Source: Marsupella aquatica (Eukaryota > Plantae > Marchantiophyta). From it: 64,000 bases of DNA. Location: contig OZ316894.1 in NCBI GenBank assembly GCA_973895155.1, forward strand, positions 21,361,867 through 21,425,866, written 5' to 3'. Position numbers and translations under genes: made by a program. Numbering within the stretch: the stretch's first letter is position 1; each line of letters starts with the position of its first letter. The notes beneath the pieces were generated by a model. The model was not told the DNA's origin and did no database searches. It saw only the letters and a program-made list of their open reading frames with translations. This document shows, one piece after another, positions 1-15,500 of the stretch.

Positions 1-534
1 AATTGCTTTGAAAGTCTTTCGTCACATTTCTGTGCGTAACAGGGTATCAGAACTTTCTCGGCCCATAGAGCTAATTGTTGGGATAAGCCCCTACATGCTC
101 TAATCTGAACCTTTCAATTGGCAGCCGACACCATGGGAGGGAATCTTTTACAGTGGCAATAAAATGCTCTAACCCACCACTACGTGAAACAGGGGACTAA
201 GGACATGAGCACATTTTCGGGAGAATACTTACTCCCATCCCGAAAATCGATGTTTCAAAACCCAGAGCGATTCAAAGACAAAGAAAATTCTATGTACAGG
301 CTCCTAGACTTTACTATCTTTCACTTGCAGGCCATGAGTTGATGGCCTCCATTATTTCAAAGAATTCTTCTCTTCCATATGGTACACACTGCAGCCGATT
401 TGATTGCAATACCTTCTCTGTGCCAAATCTCAAGCATATATACAGGATATAGCGAGATCTGAACTCGTAACCCTAAAACCCTTCAGTCCTATCGCCTGTC
501 GGGTCCTCTAGATGAACTCAGCGACAGCGGCGGG

Positions 535-3500
535 TTATGAGGGGAAACGTGACATCTCCAATATCCAAGAAACACACTCTCGCAAAAGGTCGAACTTATG
601 GTAGACAGCTATGTTGCGGAAAACTTGCATGCGACTTCCAAAATCGTTGGGAGATTCACGGCATTTAAACGCTCCTGCGCAAGTGCATTGCTCCGACAGA
701 TGTGATGATTTCACCTGTATTGAACGAAAACCCTTAGTATCAGTTAATGTTGCCTTGGCTCTAAGTTACGTCAACTTCAATAAGCATCCCGTGTGTTGCA
801 GAAAAGGTGAAGATGCTTCTAAATGTCTATTTACATCACTCCTGCTCTTGTGACAAGAACAGGAACTAATGAATAGTATGGAAGTGGGATTATGTACCTG
901 AGAGCATTTGCAGCAGATAAGGTCTTGGAGTTGGAAGAGGCGCTCTCTCCTGCGAACCAGTTGCAGAAGAGCATTCTCGACCCACTCACGGTCATAAGGT
1001 TGCCCACACTGGGGCATTACACAACGCCAGTCGTGCTCCAGTAGTGCAACATCCCGACACAGATCCAAGTCTCTACAATCATTGCAGTAGCTGCTCACAA
1101 GAGCCCACCATGAGAACAAAGTACGATTGTCAGGTCAGGTTGGGGAGTAAGCTCACAATTGTTCAAGTAGGAAGCAGAACACGACATCCTAAACTTAAAA
1201 CACACAACTGAAGTTCAAATTTCCATCTAACTGATGACGGATTCACTACATTTTGGTTGATGCTGACAACGCATTGCAAGGTACTCAAAGCTTTCCAAGC
1301 CAACTACAAGTAATAGCTAGAACAAGAAGTAAAAAGTCATAATTGCAGGCTTCTCACCTGCAAATAACATTGGGCAGTGTGAAGGACAAGCACGGATCAC
1401 GAAATACAGCTTCGGCTGAGAATTCTTTCACTCTCACAAGCTTTAGCAGATTTTTCCTCAGTACCTGCTCAGGATAAATATCAGGGAGAGTGGTTATTAG
1501 CAAAAGCATGAACAAGTATGGATGTTGAATGAAACCAGAATCTGTATGTACGTTGGCTCAAACATCCAAATTTGTATCTATTAACATGAGTAACAGACTG
1601 GCTGACTGCTACTCACCAGAACATCATACTGAACGCGTTGATCAAGAGCGAGCACTGCACAAACATGCTTGATAAACTCAAGTGCAGGCTCTCCCATAGG
1701 TAAGTGGGAGCCAGCCAGTTCCGGAAATTTCCTAGAAGCATGCACGTCTGGATCCTCAAAATCGTGCTTCTTTGCAGTCATGTGCCTTTGAATGTCTCGA
1801 ACAATTCGTAGCAGCTTGTCTGTGAAGTATGATGTGACCTGCGCCAACCGAAAATCAAGCAATGAAATTTGTCGTCAAGACCTCCGAACCTTCCATCAGA
1901 TGCTGAGAGCATCAATCAAGCATCCTTGGCGAAACCAAGACATTGACGGGTGAAAGGCAGAACTGACACCATGCAGTTATCGACACTGGGGCCTATTCTT
2001 GCATGAGACTATTGTTCGTATATGGATGCGAGTAAGGCATATAACGCATTGGTGCCCGCTGTTTTGCATGTAGTTTAACAGAATATTGCTGTTCTTGAGA
2101 AACAAAAGTGATTTGATTGCGTCATTTAGAGAGTCGCAGTGGATTTTGTCAACTAAGAGCACTTTGCCGGAGTGTAAACAGCTTTCGAAATTTTCATTAC
2201 CTTATCTCTGAGAAACAAGACATCCTCTGCTTCAAGAGTTGCTGCACCAGCCAGGGTAATAGACGGAGTGCTGGAAGTGCCACCTCCATCGTCTGCGGCC
2301 AATCTCACAGCTTTCTCTTGAGCGTGCTTCCATGGGATAAAAATGTACTCTGATACGATGACCACAAAGTAGTCCTGCAACCGATTTTACCGCATTAGTC
2401 AAATGCTGCTACAGATGAAGGTTGATGTCAGTCAGAGTTCATATATAAAGATGGAAAAATGAAATGCTAAGCTTTTATTGCCACCATACCTGTGTTGCTT
2501 TAGGCAAGTACTCAGCGATATTCCAGCTTGAAACAATCTCGTTCGCTGGAGCATCTTGAGAAGATCCTTCAATAGTCTTTCTGTCTGCTTGGATGCCTCC
2601 ATAATTGTGCTGGAACCAAACATTTGAGCAACGATAAATTCTTAGCCATTTTCAAATTGCTCTTCTTGATTGTAGAGGACAGGGATCGATTTCTTTGAGG
2701 GAAAAGTTACAGTGCATATAACTGAGTGCCTTCCCAGCTACGGCACGTTCAATGCGTGGCCTTGAGCTTTTATTATCCACAAAAACCTTAAATACCTCAC
2801 CTCTGGCGGTGACTAAAATAAAGCCTTTGGGCGTCATTGTAGAACTCCACACCAATGACTCATATGCCGTGAAGGAACAATGAACATACCTGGTCCATAA
2901 AGAGGAGAGAGTGCCAATATCTTTTTGTCTGCAGATCTATCCACTCAAACAGCTCCCTGGACCACATCAAGCGAGGTGCACAAATCAGCCGGTAAAATGA
3001 TTTATATCAGTGAAAACCCAGAATATTTTCTTTTAAGATTGCAGAGTAATAACGACTGAGTTTCCGTTCAAACTGTACCTAGTCTTGAGGGTTTTAATTA
3101 GATAGTCGCAGTAGCCTTGAGCCGTGGCTATATCAGTTTTGCCAGTTGCAATGATAACGCAAGAAAAATCAGCAAAGACGATGGCAGCCCCCAATTTGCG
3201 CAACTCTGACAGGAGCAAAGCAAATACTTTCTGCATAACCTGCGGCCCACCGTGGTAATTCATCTAAGCGATGAGTAAAGAACTAAGCAGAAATGCAAAA
3301 CCAATACTGATGCAATAGGAGGCATGCCTCCACCACTGCCATGAGAAAGTCTTATTAGGGAGACTGTCTCATAGATATAGGAATAGCACAAACATCTAGG
3401 GTATGAATAAGGTCACGCTTGACATCGTGTCAAGCAGTTGTCTGGAATAAATACTGCAATATATACTACAGATATTATCATCCACAAATGCTTTTGTGCT

Positions 3501-6500
3501 GATTGATGGTGTAAGACCACATCAGGAGAGTTTTTCCCTTTTGCGTCCGGAGAATTGGGAGAGGGGACATCAGCGAGTAGAGAGGAATTGGTACCTTGTG
3601 TAGCATCAATCGAAGTGCAGGATCATGCAATTTAGATTGTGGGCTGCCATTATGAAATATAACCAAGTTAGTCATGCGATGTACAGATATGACAAGGACG
3701 GTAATTACAGAAGATGCGGAACGTGGGCTTCCGTGAGTTCTCATCAGAAATTTTCTAATTTCAAGCAGGTCTATTCCAAAGCTGTAACTGACCTGCAAAG
3801 CCATCGGTAAACATGTTGGAGCAACGCATCAGAAAAGAGGTTCCCAGAGGATACTGCATCATAGAGCCAATTTTGGACCATGTTCTTCAGCACTTTGAAT
3901 GCCGGGGCACTCAGCATCTCTTCATCAAAGATTATCTGTCCTTCAGCTGCTCCTGGTTCTGAATCGAATCCAAAGAGAGCCCCTCCTTCTAGCTCATTCA
4001 ACTGACTACTCTTCAGCAGCGCATTTACTGCTAGATGATGTATCTGTAGCCAAGGTAGTATCGAAGAGATGAGTACAAACTTGACTATCCTTAATGTACT
4101 CTCAATATTCATTCCCACACCGCTGTGGAGGCAGTGCACAAACACAAAGCAAAGACCCATTGCGTTGGTATCAAGCACAGCTGACATACATGGCTTGGAT
4201 GACTTGCAATGGCCATTGCTTTCTACCAATTTTTGCATTAAGCTAGGTAAAGAGCAGAAATTGACGCAGAGGCAGAAACCTTCAGTCTTTCCAAAAAGAG
4301 AATCGAACCTTGAACTCCACAGTAATGTTGCGATATGCTCCTGGATGAGACACAGTAGGCTGATGGACCTGCAGTTTCACAGGTATTTTTGACTAATGTC
4401 AGTAATGATCCGACTACTCTCATACTTAGTTTTTGTAGAATTTATACCGAACTCCGCTTATTACTTTTCTCTCGTGCAATGGCCAATGAGTTTAAATTTG
4501 ACGGCTAAACTATGATCCCAGCCAGTCGTGACTTCAGGAAAGACAGTTCGGAGAGATGCAATAAATTTATGGTATTTCGATCCTTCACTAAACTATCTGA
4601 TGACGACGGTTGTTCACTTAAGTACATAACCATACGCGTTGGCACTTACCTCTGCCAAGAAACCGTTCTCGATTTCCATGATACCGCCAAGATCAGGGAC
4701 CCCGTTGTCAGAAATCCATAACACCTGAGCGATTATTTCATCCAGTGGAGAAAATTAATGAGTATGAACAGAGGACTCAACATTGGACACAATGGGAGAA
4801 AGCGAAATTACAAAAGAAAGGCCAACCTGCTTGTTGTCGCGCAAAGTGCGGGCAAAGAATGTGTCAGCCGTGAATAATAACCAGTCAGAATCAAAATTGC
4901 CGAGTGGAACCTGCAACAGCATGATCGTGTCAAGAAAACCATGCTCACAGATTGCAGGCATGAAATAGATGCTCGTCCTGAATAATGGAGAGCAGGCAGC
5001 AATTGAGATCTTACATGAGCATAGCGGGCCAGGGTGATCCTTTCTTGTAACCAGATAGAAGATGCCACACATCTTTGCATCGCCAGTCTTGCCGCCAGCG
5101 GTTGCCACCCGAGAGCCTACATGGCATAGACCAAATGTCAATTGAGGGATAAATTCGGTAACTACTGCAGCTGTTACTACCGATCTATTGGATCACTTGC
5201 GCACACAAGAAATGCAACTTGGCAAACCATACAACAGTATCCCACGTGTTTCCACCTGATACTGGCTGTCACGAGCATTGCAAGGTATCTGGACACATGG
5301 AAAATCTGCCAGTAGAGGGACCATTTGGTTGAGAAGCTCTATGGCGGGGCATTGAACGAGTGCAGTTGTTGGACCTCTGTGCTGATCTCTACAAATAGCA
5401 AGCCAATAATCTAGTTAGAGGACTGAAAATGAGGTCAGATTTCTACACATCAAAAGCACAGGAGCGACTGAAGCTAGTATTCCAACAGTGAATAAACAGT
5501 TTGGCCCTTCCCGACGGTCTAGATCGGCAGAACAGAGAGTCGATGTTGCAAGCGAGCAATGATCCCTTCCACTCATAAAATACGTAGACACAGGCATCAG
5601 ATTTCAATCTGGTTCTATCAAATGAACTCGGCATCTCTCTCGGGGAGGACCCAACAACATTGCTTCACGACGGAGCTGAAGGACTTACTTATACACGAGC
5701 AAAGCACGCTGTAATTGTTTGCCGGCATCTTGATTGTTTGCAGCATATTCCACCTGTAAGAGGAAAGTTCATCCATGCCTCGTGGTGTCAGCTCTTAAAT
5801 CCGAAGCAATCATGTTTAGCAGCATCTCAAGAACCACAATCGCCCGAGAGGCCAATGAATACCCCTTATCTGAGTCATGCCAAGTTCCCAATCTTAGACG
5901 CTTTCTTTCAAGGCAACAAAGGAATCGAGAAACAGAAGTTCAGAAGCTGCAGTATCAAAAACTAAACGGCATATCCTCAACAAGGGAGCTATGTGACTCG
6001 ACTTCTGAGACAGTCTCTTCAAGGTTTCATCGGCTGCTTAACTTTTACATATAATATGTATCTGTCCATCTTGCAAATGAGCACATAATTGAGATCAAGT
6101 GCTATACCTTGAAGGTCAAGTCGGGCGTCTCTGAGGATGGTGTTGCAGCATTTTTTACTGCATCACGAAACTGTCTTTCCAGCTGTGCCGAAGTGACTTC
6201 TTTATTGTTGAAAGGATTGACTACCAAAACGAGTATCTGTCCAGCTGCTGGAGTGTAGAGAGCATACAACCCTCGGGCATCCATTGAACTGTGGGTAAAC
6301 GGGCAATGCATTATATAAAGAAAACGTAAAATATATCCACTGACTACTGGAGCCACAGCTAAGCTGGTCGTCTATGAGCTACTTGGAGTCCAACTGAAAA
6401 CATATCCACTATCACATCAAACTTTAGTGCTCTTTAAAGAGTAGCACCTGTGGTACAAGAAGATTGAGGCCATGGAATCCACAAGGTAGGAACATTCCGT

Positions 6501-9500
6501 TGTCGTCTTCATGTTTAGCTCATCCACAGACCATCCCTCTGCTACACTTCTTTTACTGGCCTTCTTATCCACTTTGCAGACACAGCCCAGTTGCAACACT
6601 GCGTGTAATACAAGTGGTAGCTTGGTTTCATAAACTCCCTGATGGAGATCAGTTTGATTAGGAGACCACTAAAAATCACCAAGGAGCCCAGACACAATAA
6701 AGAATCAAATTAAGCGTTAAAGCTAGCATTTCATCTCTCTTTGTTTGATTCAATTCTCTTGGAACTGAGAAGGTATCGGCACATATGACTTATTTTCGCC
6801 TGGTGGCTATGGCTAAATTACCTCAACATCAGGATCTGCAAGATGACATGCGAGGATCCTTCTTGCATCCTTAAACTGTGCCTCGTCCACAATAACCTGG
6901 GGAAAGTAGAAAGTGCACCCTCGTGAGATGACTGACGTCATTTAAACAATGCATACACTGGACAGTTCTCTGGCTTGGGGTTTGAAGATACAACAGCTTT
7001 AAAACTTGTACTTTCTCACCTCAAGTAGGTTGAAAGAAGTTTTTTGATGTGGCAGCAGGCGGTTAACTAGCACCCCTGGGTACTCTTCCTTGTTAGGTGA
7101 TCTGGTGTTGAGATAGAATACCCGGGGGACTTTTAATGGAACCTTGTACATGTAACGATCGGCTATGACCCATGCATTGAAGTATCCAGGCCTTTGGGAT
7201 GGAGCCAGTTGCAGCACCTGCAATGAAGATTTGAAAAGTAAGTAAAATCTTAAACGACGCTTATATTCAGAAGAATAATCACAGTGCAAGTCTTCTCACT
7301 TGGTCTCATAGCACTCGGGTCTACTTCCATAGGTTTCAATTGCTGGTTTCCGTGTCGGGGTTGGCACCTAGATCCTCGTATAATCTCGCTCCCCTGCTAC
7401 CCCCTCAGGAGCTGGAAAGTGTCACAATTATCCATCCGTCCACTCATTTCACAAACAAGCTCTGAAGGCCGGTTACCTGCCAGTGACATCTGGTAAGGGC
7501 AGCTTCCTGCGTATGGAAGAGACCAGCTTGTACAGTTGTCTTCTTCTTCCCACGTCTGGACTTGGATTTTGTTGGTGCCCTGGTTATTTCCTCTACAACT
7601 TCATCGCCACTCTGTGAGACCGAAACTTTCCTGCATGTTGAACAAAGCACGTGCAAGAAGTCAGCCAGGCAGACATATAATAGGTTAATCCTAATCCCAA
7701 GGTGGCAGTACAAACAAATAATGCACAATGGTTTGAGAACAGTGAGCGCAGTTAGTGATATGCTCAAATTAGCGATCTCAGCTTGACGTACACAGTACCT
7801 CAATCGCTTCCGGACGTCCCCAGTTTCATTCGATTTTCGTTTGCTACCATCTGCTAGTGTCTCAGGATCGTCCATCTCAGATTCACCTGCAGGAGACTTT
7901 GTCTGGACGTTCTCTTTGCCATTTTTCCGGCCATAAGATCTTACCATCGGTTTAGGACCATTTTTGAGTGCGCTTTTGAGTATCCCCACGTCTTCAAGAT
8001 CTTCAGGAACTACCTCTGCCTCTGTTGCGATGTCTAGCAGTTGCTTCCGCTGAAACATGTCCGTGATGCTTTTCTGCTGGTATTTGTCATCCTTCTCCCT
8101 TATTTTCTTCCAAAGCCACTCTGGATGTGGTACCCTTGGAACGGGATTAACTACCTGCAATGGACCTTGTGGAATCAGTATCCATTTCATAACCGGCTCT
8201 TGTCGTGCCTCTTCCAACCAGGCCAACAGCTCTTCAGGGGTGAGAATGCATGGCTAGTACCGTTTGGAATGCAAACCTCTGACAGTCAGAGTTTCCCTAA
8301 AACAGCATTCAACCACTTACGCAACGAGGCCTGTAACCACAAGAGCATATCTCTGAACACAAACTCATTCCCAATCCTCAACCAGGTGATTGTAACAGAC
8401 CTTCTGCATAGCAGCTGGTATGGTGATGATCTTTTGTATGGCAGAGCTCAGCCGCTGCCGATAATAAGCCCAATCAATGATACTTCGAAACGCTGCATCA
8501 GCAGAACTTTTACACCATTTCCGCAAATAGACTTTCATCACCTCTGCATGCACACCATGTTGATGATTGGTCAGACATACATTAATCTCGCAACAACTGT
8601 GAGAAAGGAGCCCAGGTGAGCCTCCTTTAGTAAGGCCTGCTCAGCATCTCTGATATTCCCATCAGGATAGGTCCTTTTGTCTGAGCACTCGAAGAACTGA
8701 GAAGCTGATCAATGAGTCGAAAAGACGGTGAGAACTTGCCTGGTTCTGCTTCAAATATAGCGACCGGAATGGCACGCTCACTAACTGGGGCTCCCTACAC
8801 AGAACACCAAAGCATGTACAGGGTCTCAAAACTCAATGTTAAATTCTAACGACGCAGACGTGCTGGATGCCAGGGATCCTACCTTAGCCAGGACAACAAC
8901 TTGTCAAACTCAGAAATTGGGAAAGAATTTTGTAGCAATGTAAAAGGCTCACAGATTTAAGTATACGTTTCTGCCACTGTCAGAATCCTTCGACCTTATT
9001 CTACATGTTCGGTTCTCGTTTCTCGTTTCCCTGTTCGTTGTTTTTTGGCTAGTTGCATTTTCAACTCGCATTGTTGGACACATACAGTTATATCTCGAGA
9101 GAACAAACCCAAATAAGTTTTTCATCGTGATGAATATTCTAGAATGGATACATATCAGAAAGTATCACCTACCTGTGGATCTTTAGCGACAATATAGCGG
9201 CAGCTGAGTCCTTTGTCTTTCACCATGGCCTCACCGAGGAAGTCTGCAAGACGTCTGGCAGTTGTAGTTGCACAAGACTTCCTGTCCCCGTAATCTTCAA
9301 GTGACTTGCTCATAGTGCTCGACTCGGATATGTAGTCCAGCAGCTCGGTGTCAGCAAGGTCTATTCCTTGGTTCTGTGAGAGTGGACGAAAAAAAATTTG
9401 ACTGGATGGTTTTCGAAAACAGAAAAAAATATTGGATGTCAATCGGCGCTTGAACATCTACTGACCTCCAATTCAATTTTCACTGAAAACAAATTCAGGC

Positions 9501-12500
9501 AGGGATGTGGGGACTTATCTACTGTCACGAAGAAAAATCACTCGATCCTGGTTTCTTCGACCCATTTCTTACTGAAATATTAAGTGTACTACTTATCTGA
9601 CGTCAGCTTGGAAAATGGGCTCTATTTGATTACCTCAAGCATGTCCAACCAGCGATTTCCAATGTCAGCCACGGCATTGTAACATTCTTCCAGCGTTTCA
9701 CCATGCAGGAAGTTTTCGAATACTTCCGCCTGAAATTGATGAAACAAATGCAACTTGGTAATAAGAAAGATTAATGATAATCGGCAATGGCCTTAAATAA
9801 CGAATTGAGAGGTACTCGTTCAAGATTAAACATAACAAACGATGGCAATAATGGTATTTGACAAGCGCAGGATTCACTACCTGGAAGACTTTAATGAGCT
9901 TCAGCTCACCACGCCGTTTGATTTCAAATCCTTTGAGCTCTGCCAATGTACCGTCTTCGTTGAAAACAGCATATCGCTTCTTGATTAGAATGCCTTCTTC
10001 CTTTGAGGCTGGCAGGATCATTGCCTGGATCACAAAGTGGAAAACCTTAAAGTCGGATTTTGTCTCTTGCCCAGATTGTGGGCCCGTGCCGTAAAAAACA
10101 GATTCAATGTTGATAACAAAACTAGGTCCTGATGCTATGTTGTCACCAATATCTCAGAGGCTCGAATCTGATGCTTGGGCAGATCTGGACGTGTAAATGT
10201 ACAAATATATTATATGCTATGCCATTGTGCGGCTCAATAACGGACCTTGTACGGACCATCAACCTCGAACTCAATTGAGCATTCACTGCTCGTAAGATAG
10301 GATCTCTTGACTTTATCCACCATTGTCTGCAGAACAAGAGTGCGTACGGGTACGATGTCATAGATGGTAGATTCTTGACAAAAAACTTTCGAAGTGCAGT
10401 TGCTCACATACAGAGCTTCTGTCCTTGACTCCTGAAGATCCTCCAGACGAAAAGCGAGAAGTCAAACATACTATCAGAGGGCCTGAAGCTTACTTGATAC
10501 TGATCATTTGTGTTGTTGACAGCTACATCCACATTCAACATCACACATGGATAGGAAATTGGGAGTTTCTTCTTTGAGTCACTGCCGCATTGTCCACAAT
10601 TCAGACGCAATTTAGAAACGAAGGGGATCAAACACCAGGTCTTCTTTAGACAGATTGTAATACGTTTGAGAAGCAGAATAGTTTCTTGTGATCTTGATTT
10701 TCACTGCGATACCTCAAGCACATGATCTCCATCGTGACAATCCTTGAGGAAAGAAATTCAATGAAAAACCAGCAATACCTAGTTTTGAACAGAAAATTCT
10801 CAGGAAATGATCCAGGCAAGCAACACCATATCCCATCTGTGTCAAGTTCCAATGGTTTGCCAATACGCTCAACTAGAACCCGAGCGCTCTGAATGATTTT
10901 GGCCCCCGTATATGTGACAACACCTGCCATCTCCATTGAATACCATCTTGCTCCTCTGAATTCACACAAACCGCCCCGTCAGTCCTCTACGGGACTTTCT
11001 TTGAAATTTTGTTGCGCATATAGTTGGAAACATAATGGGGAAGGCATGCAAAAACCGAAGTAACTATTGTAAGAAGGCCTACAACGACCCGAAAGCGATG
11101 ATATAATATTTGCCTCCTGAGGAAACCAGCATGTGAGTATTAAAATGGCAGACATTTAAGACTTACTTTCGCATCACATAGCCATAGAATGAATTGAGGA
11201 TGCACTTGTGCGCCAGTTGCAGGGAATCGTAGACAACGACCATATCCTGCAAGTTATATCATTCTGTAAGAATAATCACTTTTTTAAGCAATCTGATTCC
11301 TTGCCAGTTTACTCTTTTCGGAAACATTAACCCATCCTCGCATTATCTTTATTTGCTTTACATATGTCTCCTTAGTCGGCTCGCACGCTGGTGGACTGAA
11401 TTAAATCATTTCTCTGGAACGGGAGTTCTGAGATTTCAGTGAACGACGTACCTGGGCTTCTTGTATTTTTATCGGATTCCCACTGGCCTTGGCTTCCGTA
11501 AGTTTGCCTTTCCAGACTTTGTTCAATCCTTTGTACTCATATCGTCTATCTCGGAAACTGCAATTGGAGTGATGATAAAAGCGCGTTCTTAAGACATACG
11601 TTACTGACTGAGATGCACACACTACCAGAAATCCCGTGTATTGTAAATACAGTCAAGTAGATTACTGGAAAAATTACAGGGGAAATCCCAACACAAGGTC
11701 ACAAGAAGACAGATGTGACTTTACCTGCGAACTGTGTCAACATAGAATGGGTTTTCACGCATGCAAATCCCAGCAGTCCGAACATCAGAGATTGGTTTCT
11801 CAAGGACCCTCTTGTAAACCTGCCATATGATCATTAACACAACGTGTTCATTGAAGTGTCTGATCACTTCTGGTCCAGTTTGTTTCCATCAAGCAAGCAA
11901 AACAACAACACTGAGAAATTGGAACTCAAATACCGGCCGACAACTCAGAAGTGGTAACGGTCCTTTCATTGGAAAACATGCTTGACGCGAACCTTTTGAC
12001 AATATTTCTTCAGGCGATCTTTTAATTTACTTTGCTGCTCACTTGTAGGAAGATCACGAAAATAACGAGGTGTAGCTCCCTCAATCAAAGAAGGAAATTG
12101 CTCGGACTCAATTTGGTTCTTCAAATGATTGTATTCGCTGCCACCAAAACAACACAGCTTGGCTTAGACCCACGTCCGTCCTCTAACGACACTACCTAGA
12201 AATGCAATTATTGAATGATACAACCACGTTAGTCTCCGAAATGATTCGCTAATAGAGGTACAGGATAATCGACGAAAAAATATCGTTGCCAACCTTCGTG
12301 TAGCCGAGTATGTTTCCCCTCGCCATACCCACTCCATTTGGCGAAGGCATGTCTTGTCTGGCCGGTTGAAATCACATGCTGCACAAGTGTCATCTGTTAC
12401 AATAGACGGCGGCTGCGGTACAAAGAAACCATCTAAATCACATTAGTTATACATTAGTGCATACAGCTAGAGTAGGCACGAATACGTCCATCTCTGGTAG

Positions 12501-15500
12501 GCAGCGGGGAAAAACAGTTTAAGCACGTCAGAGGTATACAATTCTTAAGTACATAGTTTGTTCCTCTAAACGACAAACTTCCCGTGAACCAAGGGGAGGC
12601 ATCAGATCACAATCAGCAAGAGCATTGTGACTACTGTCAAATTTAGCCATAAACTACACTAGAGCTAACATTGGGTATAGATATAAAACCTGAAGCCTAT
12701 TTGTCAAGATGATGTTGGGATACATGGCCGCCACATCAAGATGGTAAATCAGAGGCCGTTCGTCTCGGGTAGGAACGTCCCTGAGAGCTTCCAGCTAAAA
12801 AATACCACCAAACACGATCAGAACGATCCCATCATTCTACTTTGACTTACCTGCGAGTCTTGCCTGACATTGAATCTCATCTCTTAGCAGTCAAAAGTGA
12901 TGATAAAGTCCCATTCTATAGTGAGGCATCAGTATGAATTTATGTAAGCTTGGAACAAGAGCGGACAAAGGATGCAGTATAACTTTTTGTGCTGCAGAGT
13001 CAATGCTTCATTGAAGTGTCAACTAGGCGACTCTGCCACTGCATTACCTTGCTCTGTATTGCTTGCTTCACTTCATCATAATTTGTCACTGATTCCATGG
13101 ACATCTTGCCCTCCACTTCAATAGCATAGCTCAAGTCTCGGTCAAGGTTGTCAATTAGCTTCTGCATGACCAAAACCGTCAGGGGCATGGAGAAATGACT
13201 ACTGGTCCTGTGCAGTGCCTGTTGTTCTTATGGCTATAGAGACGTGTGGATTGAAGCAACGATGAGCCTGCGTTGATCTTTGCAAACCATCCACTTAGTT
13301 CATATAGATTAATGACACGAAATGCTCAAAACATGATTGGTAAAGAGGGAAGGCAGACTTGCTGGGACAGGCAAAGAAAAGGCAGCTCTGATGAGGATCA
13401 CACTTTGACAAATTCAGCTACCAGGACAAACTAAGAAGTTTTGAGCTGAAATATGACCTGATAAGCATCAGGAACAAGCCGAAACCTTGTTGGTAAGTCC
13501 GAACGGAATACACCACTTTCTAAGCATTCGACGTGACCCCCAATATACGTTTCACTTTCGAGCAGTCGCCCGTTGTAGACCTTCTCCGGTTCTGATTTAT
13601 GCTTATTTGGGCAGATAATATTGCCACGGAAGGCCTGACACCCAGCAATGGAATCAATATACGAGCGTTGAACAGCAGAAACGTGAGATTTAAAATCTCC
13701 TTTCACATCATGCGTGAAAAGAGAACCGTGAAATCGAATCATTGAGCTAAAGGAACTCACTGTTGCCCCTGCGTGACTTATAGATGGCCCAAAAAGCATT
13801 AGTAGGTACTCACCTCAACCATAAGCAGCATCTCACAAAGAGTTCCTGATCCCTTCCGCAATACTTCGTCCGGGGGCATCGGGATAATAGTTGCTAAAGA
13901 GAAAATAAAAGGATGTACATAGGTCATGTAGAGATAATAAGTTGCCACAGCATCTGATACTGAGTACGATGACATTATCTGCAGCAGAGACAAGGAAAAT
14001 CAATCGGCAGAAGTGCGGACCGTGAGAAATTATGTCTAACCCGAAAAAAATGCAATTTGACATTCTGTGCCAGACCTAGTGCAATCTAGAATAGCTTAGA
14101 ATTTTAGTTAAATTTTCTACTCTCTTTCAGAGCAAGTAGAAAGATCGCTGGAAGTACAAGTGCGGTAACGGTATGTACTTGAGGCTTCTCCATCGCAAAG
14201 CGAACCATATCCTCTGGGTTCACTTCCATCGGATCATATCCCAACTTCGCCTTTGTTACTGCCTTCAAAAGTAGGAAATTTAATAAGATCGGAGGGCAAA
14301 GTTAAAATCATCTTTGACAATGAATACATGATGTCCTCCATCGTATGCCATTGCCTTCCAACATTTGAACTGTTCAATGTTATCGTGCGTGCTGGTAAAG
14401 TATATTACTTAAAGCCGTAACCGTTGCTGTATATTGAGTTGTCGAAATTGCGATATTCACGAAGGCTAAAGGTTACAGGCACTCAAACAACTGAAGATAA
14501 AGACAAATATAGGTAGTGAGCTGACAAATGCAGACAGGGTAATGGAGGAGGAAGGAACTTTGAGATCAAGATTAAGGTACCTTGAGGCCCTGACTACCCT
14601 GTGGCAAATAGCTGTCTCGTTTCACCCAGGCAAAGCAGTCAAGATGGCAAGCAAACCGACTCAGACATTCTCCTTGATCTGCATCATGCTTAAATCCTAT
14701 TTCCTGCACGTGCAGCGAGAGTTGGATATCAATAAACAAGCTCATGAAAAGGTCTAGGACTATTGATGGTAAAAGACTCCTGTGGACTATAGGAGTGATC
14801 AACTTGATTTGATAGTTGCTTCGAAGGTTTGGATGATTGGCAATGAATGACGTAGAAAGCCATGCAGAGGCGCACCTCGTTCATGTTCATCCCATGATGT
14901 TTGGCACGCGTCTCAACAAAAGGCCAATCAAAGAAGTCACCGTTGTAGGTCACATATATACTGGGCTTCACTTCTCGCATATGACTGAACCAGCATTCTA
15001 GGAGTGCTCTCTGCAAGTAATCGCCCAACAGAACACTGCCGGTTATGCGAAGCAGAATACATTGGATACGTAGATGAAAGTCAACATAATTGGAGCGCCA
15101 AAAACACTCTCTTTTCAGCACCGTAAATCCCACACTTTTATAAGAGCTGGACTATACACAAGGACAGCGTGGACACTGATTCCTGCCTCGATTTTGAGAG
15201 AAGCCATCCAACTCTGAGAGTTTAAAACTCACCTCATTGGGTGCATTTGTAACTTGGAAGAGGCCTTGATATTCTGGCTTTGGGGTGTACTCTATGTCCT
15301 GTATTTCTTCGCCAACACACTGGAAATTCACAAAGGAGCTGTCAGTACTATTCCACAGGCTAGATTGAAACTATGGCATTAGTACCTGGGAAAAGGACCC
15401 ACCAAAATACGCCTGCTGGCATGAAAAACCGCATTCAACAATACGATAATTTTGAGACACCCCAAAATAATGGCAGCCTTACCTCCCGGTTAACGATAAG

